A stretch of 64,000 bases of DNA from Planctomycetota bacterium (GTDB taxonomy: Bacteria; Planctomycetota; Phycisphaerae; Phycisphaerales; SM1A02), in assembly GCA_022563315.1 (NCBI GenBank), contig JADFNO010000001.1:2503-66502 (forward strand), in the 5' to 3' direction. Positions 48,341 through 58,465 of the stretch are shown here, in pieces (the first letter of the stretch is position 1; every line of letters starts with the position of its first letter). The notes under the pieces were generated by a model. It was given only the letters and a program-made list of their open reading frames with translations. It was not told the origin of the DNA and searched no databases. The position numbers were made by a program, and so were the translations under genes.

Positions 48341-49624
48341 ATGATGGCCAGCAGCTCTGCTTCCACGGCGATCCGCGAGACGGGCGGGCCGACGGCGACC
48401 AGCCGAACGGCGGGGCTCGGCGTGTTGATTGCGGACAAGTTCGAGCAGGCGGGCATCGACGGGCTGGAGGCGCTGGGCTGCACGGTTCACTTTCAACCCA
48501 CACTTACCGCAGATGATCTCGCAGAAGCGGTCAGTGCGCACGACCCGGACGTGATCATCGTTCGCTCGACAAAGGTGCCCGCGTCGGCGTTCACGGCGGC
48601 GAAGAAGTTGAGTCTGGTTATTCGAGCTGGGGCGGGCTACGACACGATCGACGTGAGAGCTGCCTCGGCGCGGGGTGTGTTCGTCGCCAACTGCCCGGGG
48701 AAGAACGCGATCGCGGTAGCGGAACTCACCTGGGCGCTGATTCTTGCCTGCGACCGCCGTGTGCCCGACCAAACGCTTGAGCTTCGGCAAGGGAAGTGGA
48801 ACAAGAAGGAATACGCCAAGGCAGCAGGACTGTACGGGCGAACGCTCGGCATTGTGGGGTTTGGCCGCATCGGCCAGGCGGTGGCTACGCGTGGGCGGGC
48901 ATTCGGCATGAACGTCGTTGCCTGGTCGCGCAGCCTCACCCAGGAAAAGGCGGACGAGTTCGACGTGGCGTACTGCTCCAACCTCATCAACCTGGCGAAG
49001 ATGGCGGATGTGGTGTCGATCAACATCGCGGCGACGGCGGACACCAAGAACATCATCGACGAGCAATTCTGTGCCGCGCTCAAGGACGGTGCGTACGTCG
49101 TCAACACCAGCCGGGGCAGCGTGGTGGATCAGGCGGCGCTCACGACCGCCATTCGTGAGCGAGGCGTTCGCGCGGGTTTGGATGTCTACGCCACGGAGCC
49201 GGCCGCGGCGGATAAGACTTTCGCCGACCCGATCGTCAACGAGCCGAACGTCTACGGCACACACCACATCGGCGCTGCCACCGACCAGGCCCAGCAAGCG
49301 GTCGCCGACGAGGTTGTGCGCATCGTCCGCTCGTACATGAGCGCGGGGGTGGTGCCGAACTGTGTGAACCGCGCAGCCTCCACCACCGCCACGACGCTGC
49401 TCACGGTGCGACACCTCAACAAGCCGGGCGTTTTGGCGCACGTTTTTTACACGCTTGGCCAAGCGAACATCAACGTCGAGGAGATGGAGAACATCATTTA
49501 CGAAGGGGCGGAGGCCGCGTGCGCTCGCATTCAACTCGACGATCGCCCCAACGAGGGCGAGATCAACGCCATCCGCGCCAACGACAACGTGCTGAGTGTG
49601 AATATCACCAGCATCACCGATTGA
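48341..49624 (+). CDS. serA: D-3-phosphoglycerate dehydrogenase (with C-terminal ACT domain)
   Basis: An NAD-binding 'LGIVGFGRIGQAVA', the catalytic region 'NTSRGSVVD...HIGAAT', and an ACT-like C-terminus. It is followed by serC. Confidence 0.85.
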   Translation: MMASSSASTAIRETGGPTATSRTAGLGVLIADKFEQAGIDGLEALGCTVHFQPTLTADDLAEAVSAHDPDVIIVRSTKVPASAFTAAKKLSLVIRAGAGYDTIDVRAASARGVFVANCPGKNAIAVAELTWALILACDRRVPDQTLELRQGKWNKKEYAKAAGLYGRTLGIVGFGRIGQAVATRGRAFGMNVVAWSRSLTQEKADEFDVAYCSNLINLAKMADVVSINIAATADTKNIIDEQFCAALKDGAYVVNTSRGSVVDQAALTTAIRERGVRAGLDVYATEPAAADKTFADPIVNEPNVYGTHHIGAATDQAQQAVADEVVRIVRSYMSAGVVPNCVNRAASTTATTLLTVRHLNKPGVLAHVFYTLGQANINVEEMENIIYEGAEAACARIQLDDRPNEGEINAIRANDNVLSVNITSITD

Positions 49625-49653
49625 CCGTTGATCACGAACGGCGGCTACGAGAC

Positions 49654-50781
49654 ATGAGTACGACCACGACCCCCACTATTGCCGAGCCGAAGTCCGGCTC
49701 GAAGCGCATCTATAACTTCTCCGCCGGGCCGGCCATACTTCCCGAGGCGGTGCTGCGGCAGGCGCAGCACGATATTTGGAACGTGCAAGACAGCGGCATC
49801 GGCATCTGTGAGCACAGCCACCGCGGCCAGGTTTTCAACCGCGTCATCGCCGAGGCCGAGGCAGACTGCCGAGCGATCGCTGATATCAGCGACGACTACG
49901 CCGTGCTGTTCCTGCAAGGCGGGGCGTCACTCCAATTCGCGATGGCGCCGATGAACTTTCTCAAGAAGGATCGGACGGCTGACTATCTCCATACCGGCGA
50001 GTGGACGAAAAAGGCGATCGCCGACGCCAAACTGTTCGGCAACGTGAACGTCGCCTTCGACGGCGGGCAGTCGAATTTCGATCACGTTCCGGCGGCCCAG
50101 GAGATCAACGCCAGCGACGCCCCTGCGTATACGTTCTATTGCTCGAACAACACGATCTACGGCACGGAATACGCAAGTACGCCTTCCAGTGCGGCACCGC
50201 TGATCTGTGACGCCAGCTCGGATATTCTCAGTCGGCCTATCGAGGTGAGCAAGCACGGGTTGATCTTTGCCGGCGCGCAGAAGAACCTCGGCCCGGCTGG
50301 GTGTACGCTCGTGATTATCCGCAAGGACTTTCTTAACGGCGCGAACACCGGCCTGCCTCAAATGCTCGACTACCGCAAACACGTTGAGAAGGGCTCGCGC
50401 CTCAACACCCCGCCCGCGTTCGCCATCTACATGATGGGCTTGGTGTTCAAATGGATTCTGGATCAAGGCGGGCTGGCGACACTGGCCGATCGTAACCGGA
50501 AGAAGGCTGCGATCATGTACGACGCCATCGAATCCTCCGGCGGGTTTTACAAAGGCGTTGCGCGGGCGGATTCACGCTCGCTGATGAATGTCACCTTCCG
50601 CACGCCCAACGACGACCTGGATAAGAAGTTCATCGAGGAAGCGCTTGCCAGCGACATGTCCGGCCTGAAGGGGCATCGTTCAGCGGGTGGACTGCGAGCC
50701 TCGATCTACAACGCATTTCCCAAGGCAGGTTGCGAAGCGTTAGCCCAGTTCATGAAGGACTTCGCCCAGCGCAACGGGTGA
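49654..50781 (+). CDS. serC: Phosphoserine aminotransferase
   Basis: 'IYNFSAGPAILPEAVL', 'FAGAQKNLGPAG' (PLP-Lys region) and 'GHRSAGGLRASIYNA'. I chose the ATG at 49654; the ORF opens at 49519. Confidence 0.9.
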   Translation: MSTTTTPTIAEPKSGSKRIYNFSAGPAILPEAVLRQAQHDIWNVQDSGIGICEHSHRGQVFNRVIAEAEADCRAIADISDDYAVLFLQGGASLQFAMAPMNFLKKDRTADYLHTGEWTKKAIADAKLFGNVNVAFDGGQSNFDHVPAAQEINASDAPAYTFYCSNNTIYGTEYASTPSSAAPLICDASSDILSRPIEVSKHGLIFAGAQKNLGPAGCTLVIIRKDFLNGANTGLPQMLDYRKHVEKGSRLNTPPAFAIYMMGLVFKWILDQGGLATLADRNRKKAAIMYDAIESSGGFYKGVARADSRSLMNVTFRTPNDDLDKKFIEEALASDMSGLKGHRSAGGLRASIYNAFPKAGCEALAQFMKDFAQRNG

Positions 50782-50884
50782 GGCGATCGCACGTACCTCT
50801 GAGTTCCTCCAAGCGTTGCAGCCCTTCACTCGAAAGTGCCGAACCGGTTCGGCATTGACGTCGTAGCCAAGATGTTGGGATCCA

Positions 50885-51877
50885 ATGGATACACCACACC
50901 TGGATCAACCTGCCAGATTGAGTGAGGTAAGGCTACATTTTGCCGAAAACCGTTCGGCGATCATTACCTGCGCCATATTCGCCTGGGTTGTCTTCGGAGT
51001 ATTCTCCTTTGGCTTTGCGTTGGCTGATAGTGGGATCATCCCCACGGTAGGGCTGTACGTTCTGGCTTGGTTGATTCTGGGGGGATCAATCGCTTTGCAT
51101 GTACTGGCGATACGTCGGTTGCGCCGCACCTTGGCGGCCAATACGTTCCAACTTTGCACCCAATGCCGCCATTCACTGCGGGGACTTGCTGATGTCGGCA
51201 GCTGCCCGGAGTGCGGCGAGAACTTTGATATCCAAGTCGTGTGCACAACATGGCGACGGGTCGTTCATCTTCCGGAATCAGCTTCACCGAGTGATTATTG
51301 GGTGAGACAGTTTACCCCACCGGCGACGCGGCGACAGCGCGTTTTCGACGTGATCTTCGGTCTCGTGATGCCGGTCGTGTGCATGATCTTCGATCCGATC
51401 GTCTTCAAGGGTTCGGGCCTGTTCTCGGATGAGGGAATGTTCAGCGAGTTGCGATGGTTTGCGTATACCGGTCTCGCGGTCGAACTCATCGCCCTTGGAA
51501 TATGGCTTCAATATGGTGAACAATTGAGCCGGGGGCGCGACGTTGTCGGCGGCACCCTGCTCGGCGGAGCGATCGTTGCCGCACTGATCGGGATGACGAT
51601 CTTCCCGCTGAGCCTGATCGGTATCCTTTTTATCCTCGTCGGCACGCTCGGCTTTACCCCTTTCCTTACATCGCTGGTTCTTGCCCGCAACGCTGCCCGC
51701 GCCCTGGCGCGGGGTAACGATGATTCGCCTAGACCGGGACGTCGGCTCAGGATGGGGTTCGGTCTGTTGATCCTAGCAACCGTGGTTATTGCCGCTCACG
51801 CTATCCAGCACGAGGGCAATATCGAGACGATGATCACGATCGACCTCGATGACGACGATCCAGCGGATAACTGGTAA
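50885..51877 (+). CDS. Polytopic membrane protein with cytoplasmic zinc-ribbon-like CxxC...CxxC
   Basis: 'CTQCRHSLRGLADVGSCPECG' lies between TM segments. There are ~8 predicted TM helices and no family that I recognise. Confidence 0.55.
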   Translation: MDTPHLDQPARLSEVRLHFAENRSAIITCAIFAWVVFGVFSFGFALADSGIIPTVGLYVLAWLILGGSIALHVLAIRRLRRTLAANTFQLCTQCRHSLRGLADVGSCPECGENFDIQVVCTTWRRVVHLPESASPSDYWVRQFTPPATRRQRVFDVIFGLVMPVVCMIFDPIVFKGSGLFSDEGMFSELRWFAYTGLAVELIALGIWLQYGEQLSRGRDVVGGTLLGGAIVAALIGMTIFPLSLIGILFILVGTLGFTPFLTSLVLARNAARALARGNDDSPRPGRRLRMGFGLLILATVVIAAHAIQHEGNIETMITIDLDDDDPADNW

Positions 51878-51967
51878 CGGTCCAAACGTTCGACGGACTC
51901 GGGGGATAGCCCCTGAGTCTTCATCGGAGCCACCTGTTGTTGCTCCAAGCAGCGCGTCGCCGTACGC

Positions 51968-53455
51968 TTGGATGAGATGAGACGGCGTGTATGGTTGATA
52001 GGTGCGGCGGCGGCGATCGTGACGGCAGTTGCGTTTGTCGTCACGCGCTCGTCTGAACCGGCGCTGCCCGATCCGCCGGTGTTCACGATCCTCGCCGATG
52101 CTGATCCTGACGTTGCCCGCGCGATCACGAGCGCAACGAAAGCCGTGCTGGAGGATCGATCGAATCACGCGCGGTGGGTAAAGCTAGCGATGGTCTACCA
52201 AGCCAACTACATGCTCCCTGAAGCGGCGCAGTGCTACGAACAAGCGATCTCAATGAACGCACAGGACGTTCAGAGCTGGTACTTCCTGGCGATTGTTCGG
52301 TCCTATGGCGGCAATCTGGACGGCGCGGTTGAGGCGTTGCGCCGATCAATTGCGATACGCGATTCATATGCTCCTGCACATCGTCGACTCGGTGAGTGGC
52401 TGATTGACTTTAACGAGCTGGATGAGGCGCGACGTGAATTTGAGATCGCTATCGAGCTGGACGCAAACGATCCGCACGCACCGATCGGGCTGGCGCGACT
52501 GGCGCTTCAGGCGAACCGCCTCGACGAAGCGCGCGAGATTCTTCATCAGGTCACCAACGCACCCAACGGCCAGATCGCGCTCGCGTTTCAATTGCTCGGC
52601 GCCGTGTATCAGCGTATGGGGCAAACCGAGCGGGCCCAGCGCCTCGTGCAACACAGCCGGACGATCACGTCCGAGGATCACGATTCCTGGCTCAATACCG
52701 TCAACCAACATCGAGCCGGACAGGAGGCGAAGCTCGACTATGCCAAGCAGCTCGTCCTGCAGCAGCGATTCGACGAGGCGATCGGAGTTTTGCATTCGCT
52801 CGACCGATACTACCCCGACGATGCGGTCATTCCGAATAATCTTGGCGTGATCTACCGTGCGCAAGGCCGGCTGGAGGACTCAACCAAGGAATTCCTGCGC
52901 GCCAAACAGCGCAACAACACATACTTCGAAGCCGACTACAACTTGGCGATGAACTGTCTGTTAGAAGGTGAATCGGCCGAAGAACCGATCCGGTCAGCTC
53001 TGCTCCAAAGCGCCCAGCAGCACCTTGATCGGGTGTTTGTGATCAATCCATCATACGGGCCCGCGGTTGGGCTTCATGGCAGCCTTCTCAAGCAGCACGG
53101 TAAGTTGGAGCTTGCCCTGAGTCGATTCCATGAAGCGGCGCGTCTGGACCCAGCCCGGCCTCAGTGGCTGTATAGCGCCGCGGTGATCCTGCACGATCTG
53201 GGGCGAAACAAAGAGGCCCTTGACGTTTTGGAACAGGTTCTCACCAGCGCGCCGTACTTCATCCAGGCCTATTTCACGCTTGCCAACGCCTATGTTGCAC
53301 TTGGCCGCACCGAGCAGGCCCAAGCCGCACTGCAATCAGTCGCACAATTGCAACCGGATCACCCCGCCCTTGCCGAAGCGATGAAGCGACTGAACATCAA
53401 CAGAAATACGCCGAACTTGCCACGCCAATCGCCACCCAATCGGCCGGGGAACTGA
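51968..53455 (+). CDS. TPR-repeat protein
   Basis: An N-terminal anchor followed by >10 TPR-like 34-aa repeats. It is followed 4 nt later by the CRTAC1-like gene. Confidence 0.75.
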   Translation: MDEMRRRVWLIGAAAAIVTAVAFVVTRSSEPALPDPPVFTILADADPDVARAITSATKAVLEDRSNHARWVKLAMVYQANYMLPEAAQCYEQAISMNAQDVQSWYFLAIVRSYGGNLDGAVEALRRSIAIRDSYAPAHRRLGEWLIDFNELDEARREFEIAIELDANDPHAPIGLARLALQANRLDEAREILHQVTNAPNGQIALAFQLLGAVYQRMGQTERAQRLVQHSRTITSEDHDSWLNTVNQHRAGQEAKLDYAKQLVLQQRFDEAIGVLHSLDRYYPDDAVIPNNLGVIYRAQGRLEDSTKEFLRAKQRNNTYFEADYNLAMNCLLEGESAEEPIRSALLQSAQQHLDRVFVINPSYGPAVGLHGSLLKQHGKLELALSRFHEAARLDPARPQWLYSAAVILHDLGRNKEALDVLEQVLTSAPYFIQAYFTLANAYVALGRTEQAQAALQSVAQLQPDHPALAEAMKRLNINRNTPNLPRQSPPNRPGN

Positions 53456-53458
53456 TCC

Positions 53459-55174
53459 GTGATCGTCCAACCGAAACGGAACCGAATTCAGTTCAGCCTG
53501 CACGCGGTCTGCTTTGTGATCGTCGCGCTCCTGTTGACGGCTTGCGGAAGTGATGAGCGATCGCCGGAGGTCACCGGCCTTGAGCCCGTCGCACCCGCGC
53601 CGTTCGTCGAAGTCGCACAGACGCGCGGCCTCATCTTCACCCAACATTCCGGTCATCAGGACCAATACTTCAGCCCCGAGATTATCGCCGGCGGAGTCGC
53701 ACTCCTGGACATGGACAACGACGGCGATCTGGACGTGTATCTAATTCAGTCGGGCCGCATCGGTGAACCGGAGTGGGAACCGGCCGGAAATCAACTGTTC
53801 CGCAATCGTGGCGACGGCTCGTTCGAGAACGTTACTGATAACAGCGGCGCCGAGGACCGCGGGTACGGCATGGGCGTCGCCACCGGTGATTACGACAACG
53901 ACGGCGATGTGGATCTATACGTCACGAACGTCGGCCGCAATACGTTGCTCCGTAATGAGGGCAATGGCCGTTTCGTCGATGTCACCGACGAAGCGGGCGT
54001 TGGAGGCGATCTCTGGTCGTCCAGCGCTGCGTTCCTTGACTACGACGCGGACGGCGACCTTGACCTGTTCGTCTGCAACTATATTCATTGGTCCGTGGCG
54101 GGCGAACGACAGTGTAGGGACGCCGCCGGAGCGCCCGATTATTGCGGGCCGCTTGAGTACCTCGCGCCGACCAAGGACACGCTGTATCGCAACAACGCCG
54201 ATGGATCGTTCACCGATGTGACCAACGAGCTGGGCATCTCGATGGCGGTCGGCAACGGATTGGGGGTCGCGGTCGGCGATTACAACAACGACGGCCGACT
54301 GGATATTTTCGTCGCGAACGACGCCGTGGAGGACGTGCTGTGGATCAAGGGCGCCGACGGGCGCTTCGTCAACCAAGCGCTGACGATGGGCTGTGCCCGT
54401 GACGAAGCTGGTCAGGCCAAAGGCAGCATGGGAATCGGTTCGGCCGACCTCGACGACGACGGCGACCTCGATCTGCTGATCGTCAATCTTCGCGGCGAGA
54501 CAGACAGTCTCTTTCGCAACGAAGGAAGCTACTTCGCCGACATCACCGGGGCTGCGGGGTTAGGCAGGCTCAGTCGGGGCTTCACTCGCTTCGGGGTCGG
54601 CTTCTTCGACTACGACAACGACGGCAAGCTCGATATCTATCAAGCCAACGGCCGTGTGCTTCGTGCTGACCCCGCGTATTCCGAGAATCCCTATGCGGAG
54701 CCCAACGTGCTTATGCGCGGCGTCGGGTCCGGCAAGTTTGCCGAAATCCTGCCACGCGGCGGAATCGTTCCGATGCTCGCCCACAACAGCCGAGGCGCGG
54801 CCTTCGGCGATCTCGATAACGACGGCGGGATCGATATTGTCGTTGTCAACCGCGACGGGCCAGCGTACTACCTGAGCAACCAAGCGCCCGACCGAGGGCA
54901 TTGGATCATGTTTCGTGTGATGGATGAGCATGGCCGTGACGCCTTGGGAGCAGTCGTCACCGGCGTCGTGAACGGCCGCACCATGCGGCGCGATGTGCAG
55001 ACCGCGTACAGCTATTGCTCGGCGAACGACCCGCGCGTTCACTTCGGCCTCGGCGACGCGCACATTATTCAGAACATCACAGTTCATTGGGTGGACCGAT
55101 CGACATCCTCGTTTGGTGATTTCGACGCAGGGCACATCGTCACCCTGCGCCGATCCGAAGGGGCAGCACAGTAA
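53459..55174 (+). CDS. FG-GAP/VCBS repeat + ASPIC/UnbV protein (CRTAC1 family)
   Basis: Repeated 'DxDNDGDLDxxV' FG-GAP calcium-binding motifs and a C-terminal 'GYSYCSANDPRVHFGLG'-type ASPIC/UnbV motif. Confidence 0.85.
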   Translation: MIVQPKRNRIQFSLHAVCFVIVALLLTACGSDERSPEVTGLEPVAPAPFVEVAQTRGLIFTQHSGHQDQYFSPEIIAGGVALLDMDNDGDLDVYLIQSGRIGEPEWEPAGNQLFRNRGDGSFENVTDNSGAEDRGYGMGVATGDYDNDGDVDLYVTNVGRNTLLRNEGNGRFVDVTDEAGVGGDLWSSSAAFLDYDADGDLDLFVCNYIHWSVAGERQCRDAAGAPDYCGPLEYLAPTKDTLYRNNADGSFTDVTNELGISMAVGNGLGVAVGDYNNDGRLDIFVANDAVEDVLWIKGADGRFVNQALTMGCARDEAGQAKGSMGIGSADLDDDGDLDLLIVNLRGETDSLFRNEGSYFADITGAAGLGRLSRGFTRFGVGFFDYDNDGKLDIYQANGRVLRADPAYSENPYAEPNVLMRGVGSGKFAEILPRGGIVPMLAHNSRGAAFGDLDNDGGIDIVVVNRDGPAYYLSNQAPDRGHWIMFRVMDEHGRDALGAVVTGVVNGRTMRRDVQTAYSYCSANDPRVHFGLGDAHIIQNITVHWVDRSTSSFGDFDAGHIVTLRRSEGAAQ

Positions 55175-55299
55175 TACGAATCGCAGTTGATCCGCAGGCG
55201 GGTGCCATGCTTTGACCCGTTAGGGCAAAGCATGCTTCACCGCTTCGCGGATGAAGCATGGCACCCGCGAAACGCACGAGAATCATTTGAGATTCGTAT
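55174..55299. repeat. Nested inverted-repeat element filling a convergent intergenic region
   Basis: The outer stem is atacgaatc/gattcgtat (55174-55182 / 55291-55299). The middle stem is gggtgccatgctt/aagcatggcaccc (55200-55212 / 55254-55266). The inner stem is catgctttg/caaagcatg (55206-55214 / 55226-55234). Confidence 0.75.
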
Positions 55300-55305
55300 A
55301 ATTCG

Positions 55306-56199
55306 TCAGCCGCCGAGCTTCGCCGCAATCGCCATTGCCTGGCCGGCGTAGCTTCGCCCGAAGAGGTTGACGTGATTCAACACGTGGTAAAGCTGGTACA
55401 CCGCAATGCGCGAGTCGAGCTGGGCGCGGTCGCTCACGTTCGCCTCGTACGACTGGAAGCAACCGTCAGGGAAACCGCCGAAGAGTTTCATCATGGCGAT
55501 GTCCGCCCACCCGTCGCCGATGCAGCAGGCGGGATCGATCACGGCGATGCGCTCAGTCGCGTCGTCCCCATCGCACGCGGGTAGCGCATTTCCCGACCAG
55601 AGGTCGCCGTGCAACAGGGCCGGCTTCGGCTGACGGGGGATATGATCTTCCAGCGCGTCGATGACCGCTTGAATTCGCGCTGCTTCGTTCGTATCCAACC
55701 GCCCACGCTTGGCGGCGAGATCGAGCTGATGACCGAGGCGATGCTCTGCGTTGAACTGCACCCAATCGTCGCACCATGTATTGGGTTGGGGCGTCGTTCC
55801 CAGATGATTGTCAGTTTGGAAGCCGTAGCGGTGGCCTGCGTCGGTTTGATGCAAGCCGGCAAGCTCCTCGCCGAAGCGTGTCCATGTGCGAGGGGACACG
55901 GCTGCATGTTCGATCGCCGTCATTAGAAGCACCGCGACGCCGGCGCTCTCGATCACCGCCAACGGCTTGGGAACAAGGAGCGTGTTTGTCCGGGCCAACG
56001 CTCGGAGCCCCTCGGCTTCCTCTTGAAACATGTGCAGATGCGCCGCAGAGTTGGTCTTCGCGACAACAGTGACGCCGTCGCGTAAACGAATCTCTTGCAC
56101 ACGGTGAATGCAGCCGCCGGACAGATCGCGGATGCGGATGATCGTTGGCTCAAGGGCGGCTTCGTGGAGTGACTGCTCGATCGCCTCGCGACTACTCAT
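55306..56199 (-). CDS. Fructosamine/ketosamine-3-kinase family protein
   Basis: 'LLHGDLWSGN' and 'VIDPACCIGDGWADIAM' are kinase-fold motifs typical of the fructosamine kinase family. Confidence 0.8.
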   Translation of the reverse strand: MSSREAIEQSLHEAALEPTIIRIRDLSGGCIHRVQEIRLRDGVTVVAKTNSAAHLHMFQEEAEGLRALARTNTLLVPKPLAVIESAGVAVLLMTAIEHAAVSPRTWTRFGEELAGLHQTDAGHRYGFQTDNHLGTTPQPNTWCDDWVQFNAEHRLGHQLDLAAKRGRLDTNEAARIQAVIDALEDHIPRQPKPALLHGDLWSGNALPACDGDDATERIAVIDPACCIGDGWADIAMMKLFGGFPDGCFQSYEANVSDRAQLDSRIAVYQLYHVLNHVNLFGRSYAGQAMAIAAKLGG

Positions 56200-56684
56200 C
56201 GAACGGCGGCCAACAGCTCATCGAGCAGCGCGTCGCAAGCGGCGTCGATCAACCGAAAGACGGTCTCGAAACCGTCATTGCCGCCATAGTACGGATCGGG
56301 CACCTCCAAAATCTCAGACGCCGGATTTGCCTCCAGGAGCAGTCGCAGTTTCTGTTGCGGCGCTCCCCAATTTACGAGGTCCTCGCGGTTAGTCTCGTCC
56401 ATACAGATGAGATGGTCGAATCGCTGAAAGTCTTCGCGCGTGACCTGACGAGCACGACTGGGAAGGACGATGCCGTGCCGCTGGGCGATCTCTCGTGCCC
56501 GGCGATCCGGGCGCTCGCCGGCATGCCAATGACCGGTCCCGGCGGAATCAACCGTGAAGCGGTCGGCGACGCCGCGCTGGTTCAGCTTGTGCAGGAAAGC
56601 GCCTTCGGCCAGGGGGCTGCGGCAGATATTCCCCATGCACACGAAAAGGACGCTGGTTCGGGCAGGTGCACTCATCTTCGTCAA
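56196..56684 (-). CDS. Low-molecular-weight protein-tyrosine phosphatase
   Basis: The 'VLFVCMGNICRSPLAEG' C-X5-R-S P-loop and a downstream 'DPYYG' Asp loop. Confidence 0.9.
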   Translation of the reverse strand: MTKMSAPARTSVLFVCMGNICRSPLAEGAFLHKLNQRGVADRFTVDSAGTGHWHAGERPDRRAREIAQRHGIVLPSRARQVTREDFQRFDHLICMDETNREDLVNWGAPQQKLRLLLEANPASEILEVPDPYYGGNDGFETVFRLIDAACDALLDELLAAVR

Positions 56685-56734
56685 ACACTCGTGCGGCGTT
56701 GGATCCTCTTTTGATAGCGATGGGCCTTGCGATG

Positions 56735-58465
56735 TTATCCGCGAAGGTCCTCCTCCTGGCGGGCCGAAGCGGGCGTTGACGGCTGGGTCTTCGATAATCG
56801 CTGCGGCTGCGAGACGGCGTAATGGTGCTGACGCCGGGCCGCCTTGACGGCAAAGAGACCGATAAAGCCGAACAGCACGAGTGCGATTGCGTAGATGACG
56901 CGCACGCGCAGGTCCGTCTTCAGAACGAGCGCCGCGAGCACCACGCCGAGGATCGCAAACGCAAATCCCATCCCGTAGACGGCGAAGACGGCGCGTTTGA
57001 CGCCGCCCAGCGCACGTCTGAGTTGATGATGGATATGCTGATCATCAGCGGCGGACATCGACGTGCCGGCCAGCCACCGCCGGATGATCGCCAGCGTTGT
57101 ATCCATGATGGGAACGGAAAAGACGATGAGCCCGGCGAAGACGAGGTGGGTCGCCCCTTGTTCCCCAAGCATCAGGATGATGACAACGCACAGGTAGCCC
57201 AGCAGCAGACTTCCCGAGTCGCCCAGAAAGATCGACGCGGGATTGAAGTTGTGCGGGAGGAACCCCAGCACGGCTCCCAACAGAGCCATGCACAGAAGTA
57301 TCCGCGCGCCGGCGAGTGTGGCCGCCTCTAACGTTGCGGTCACTTGACCCAGGTTCGGATTGTACCGAAGCGGATACTGCACCGGCATCTGGGGTGTCGC
57401 GGTGATATAACCCGCCTCGACCAGCGTCTCGATCTCCCTGGGGAAGTGGCCGGTATCGTTGCGGTACTGCTGCACCCTACGCTGCACGGTTTCCACAATC
57501 CTCGCCGCTGCGGCTGTCCGGTCGTCCTTCGCGGAAACTTCGCCTCGACCGTCGTCGTAGGCCAACACCCAGCCGACGGGCGGCTCGGGCAGCGCAGCGA
57601 GATACCCGGCTGCGACAAGCGCACTCAAATCCCCGGGCAAGTCAGCCTGCTCTTGGGCATAGCGATCGATCTGCGATTGCACGGTAGAAGCGACCTCCAC
57701 GGCTTCAGCCTGTCTCGCCTCAAAGGCGCTGTTCGCTTGCGGCGCAACCAGCAGGCAGATCGCCAGTAAGCCCAAGGCAACAATCCCGGTGACGCCCGAC
57801 AGCAGGCCGTCGAGACCGTCGATCAAGTTCGCAGCGTTGCATCCGCCGAGTACGAAGACGGCGATGATTGCGGTTCCGATCCAATAGAAGACGTGGCCGT
57901 TGAGCACGTGGAACGACCCGAGAAGGACGATCACGTCGTCGGGCCCGCCCATGAACGGTTTGAGCACGCCTTCGGCCACCCGCACGCCGATGTCGTTGAT
58001 GGCCAAGGCGGCGGCGGCGACGAGCTGGCCGGCAATCTTCAGCCGCGGATCCCACCCCCACAGGTCGTCGGCCAACCCGGTGAACATGATCGCCACCATC
58101 CCCAGCACGATGGCGATCGGCAGCGGACGATAGTTGGCCGCCACGCCGTCCATGTACACATAACTCGTGGCGATGGCGATGATCAGACCGAGGAACACGG
58201 CCACGCCGCCAAACTTCGCGATTGGATAGGGGTGCGTTTTTCGCGCCTGATCCGGCCGGTCGATTGCGCCGGCAGCGACGGCGAACCGCCGCACGAACGG
58301 TGTGATGAGCAACGTCACCATAAACGCCACGATGAAGATCAGTACGTAGCTGTTCAACAGATCCATGGCCGGGGCCGCAAACGACTGCGACTCATCTGCG
58401 AACAGATCGAGATCGCCTGTGAGAGTTCCGGCCGGATCCAATTGGGCCAACACGACCAACATCAC
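56735..58465 (-). CDS. WecA/MraY-family (GT4) polyprenyl-phosphate sugar-1-phosphate transferase with ~145-aa loop insertion
   Basis: 'NAANLIDGLDGL' and 'HNFNPASIFLGDSGS' are family motifs. At 576 aa it exceeds the ~350-aa size usual for this family because of an insert at aa ~242-385. Confidence 0.85.
   Translation of the reverse strand: MMLVVLAQLDPAGTLTGDLDLFADESQSFAAPAMDLLNSYVLIFIVAFMVTLLITPFVRRFAVAAGAIDRPDQARKTHPYPIAKFGGVAVFLGLIIAIATSYVYMDGVAANYRPLPIAIVLGMVAIMFTGLADDLWGWDPRLKIAGQLVAAAALAINDIGVRVAEGVLKPFMGGPDDVIVLLGSFHVLNGHVFYWIGTAIIAVFVLGGCNAANLIDGLDGLLSGVTGIVALGLLAICLLVAPQANSAFEARQAEAVEVASTVQSQIDRYAQEQADLPGDLSALVAAGYLAALPEPPVGWVLAYDDGRGEVSAKDDRTAAAARIVETVQRRVQQYRNDTGHFPREIETLVEAGYITATPQMPVQYPLRYNPNLGQVTATLEAATLAGARILLCMALLGAVLGFLPHNFNPASIFLGDSGSLLLGYLCVVIILMLGEQGATHLVFAGLIVFSVPIMDTTLAIIRRWLAGTSMSAADDQHIHHQLRRALGGVKRAVFAVYGMGFAFAILGVVLAALVLKTDLRVRVIYAIALVLFGFIGLFAVKAARRQHHYAVSQPQRLSKTQPSTPASARQEEDLRG

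Noticed and set aside
47981-49534. 517-aa ORF on the minus strand spanning the RT-serA intergenic region and all of serA.
   Set aside because: It is antisense to a motif-rich serA gene. Its translation is Arg/Gly/His-rich low complexity with no recognisable motifs. Long antisense ORFs are expected in high-GC DNA.
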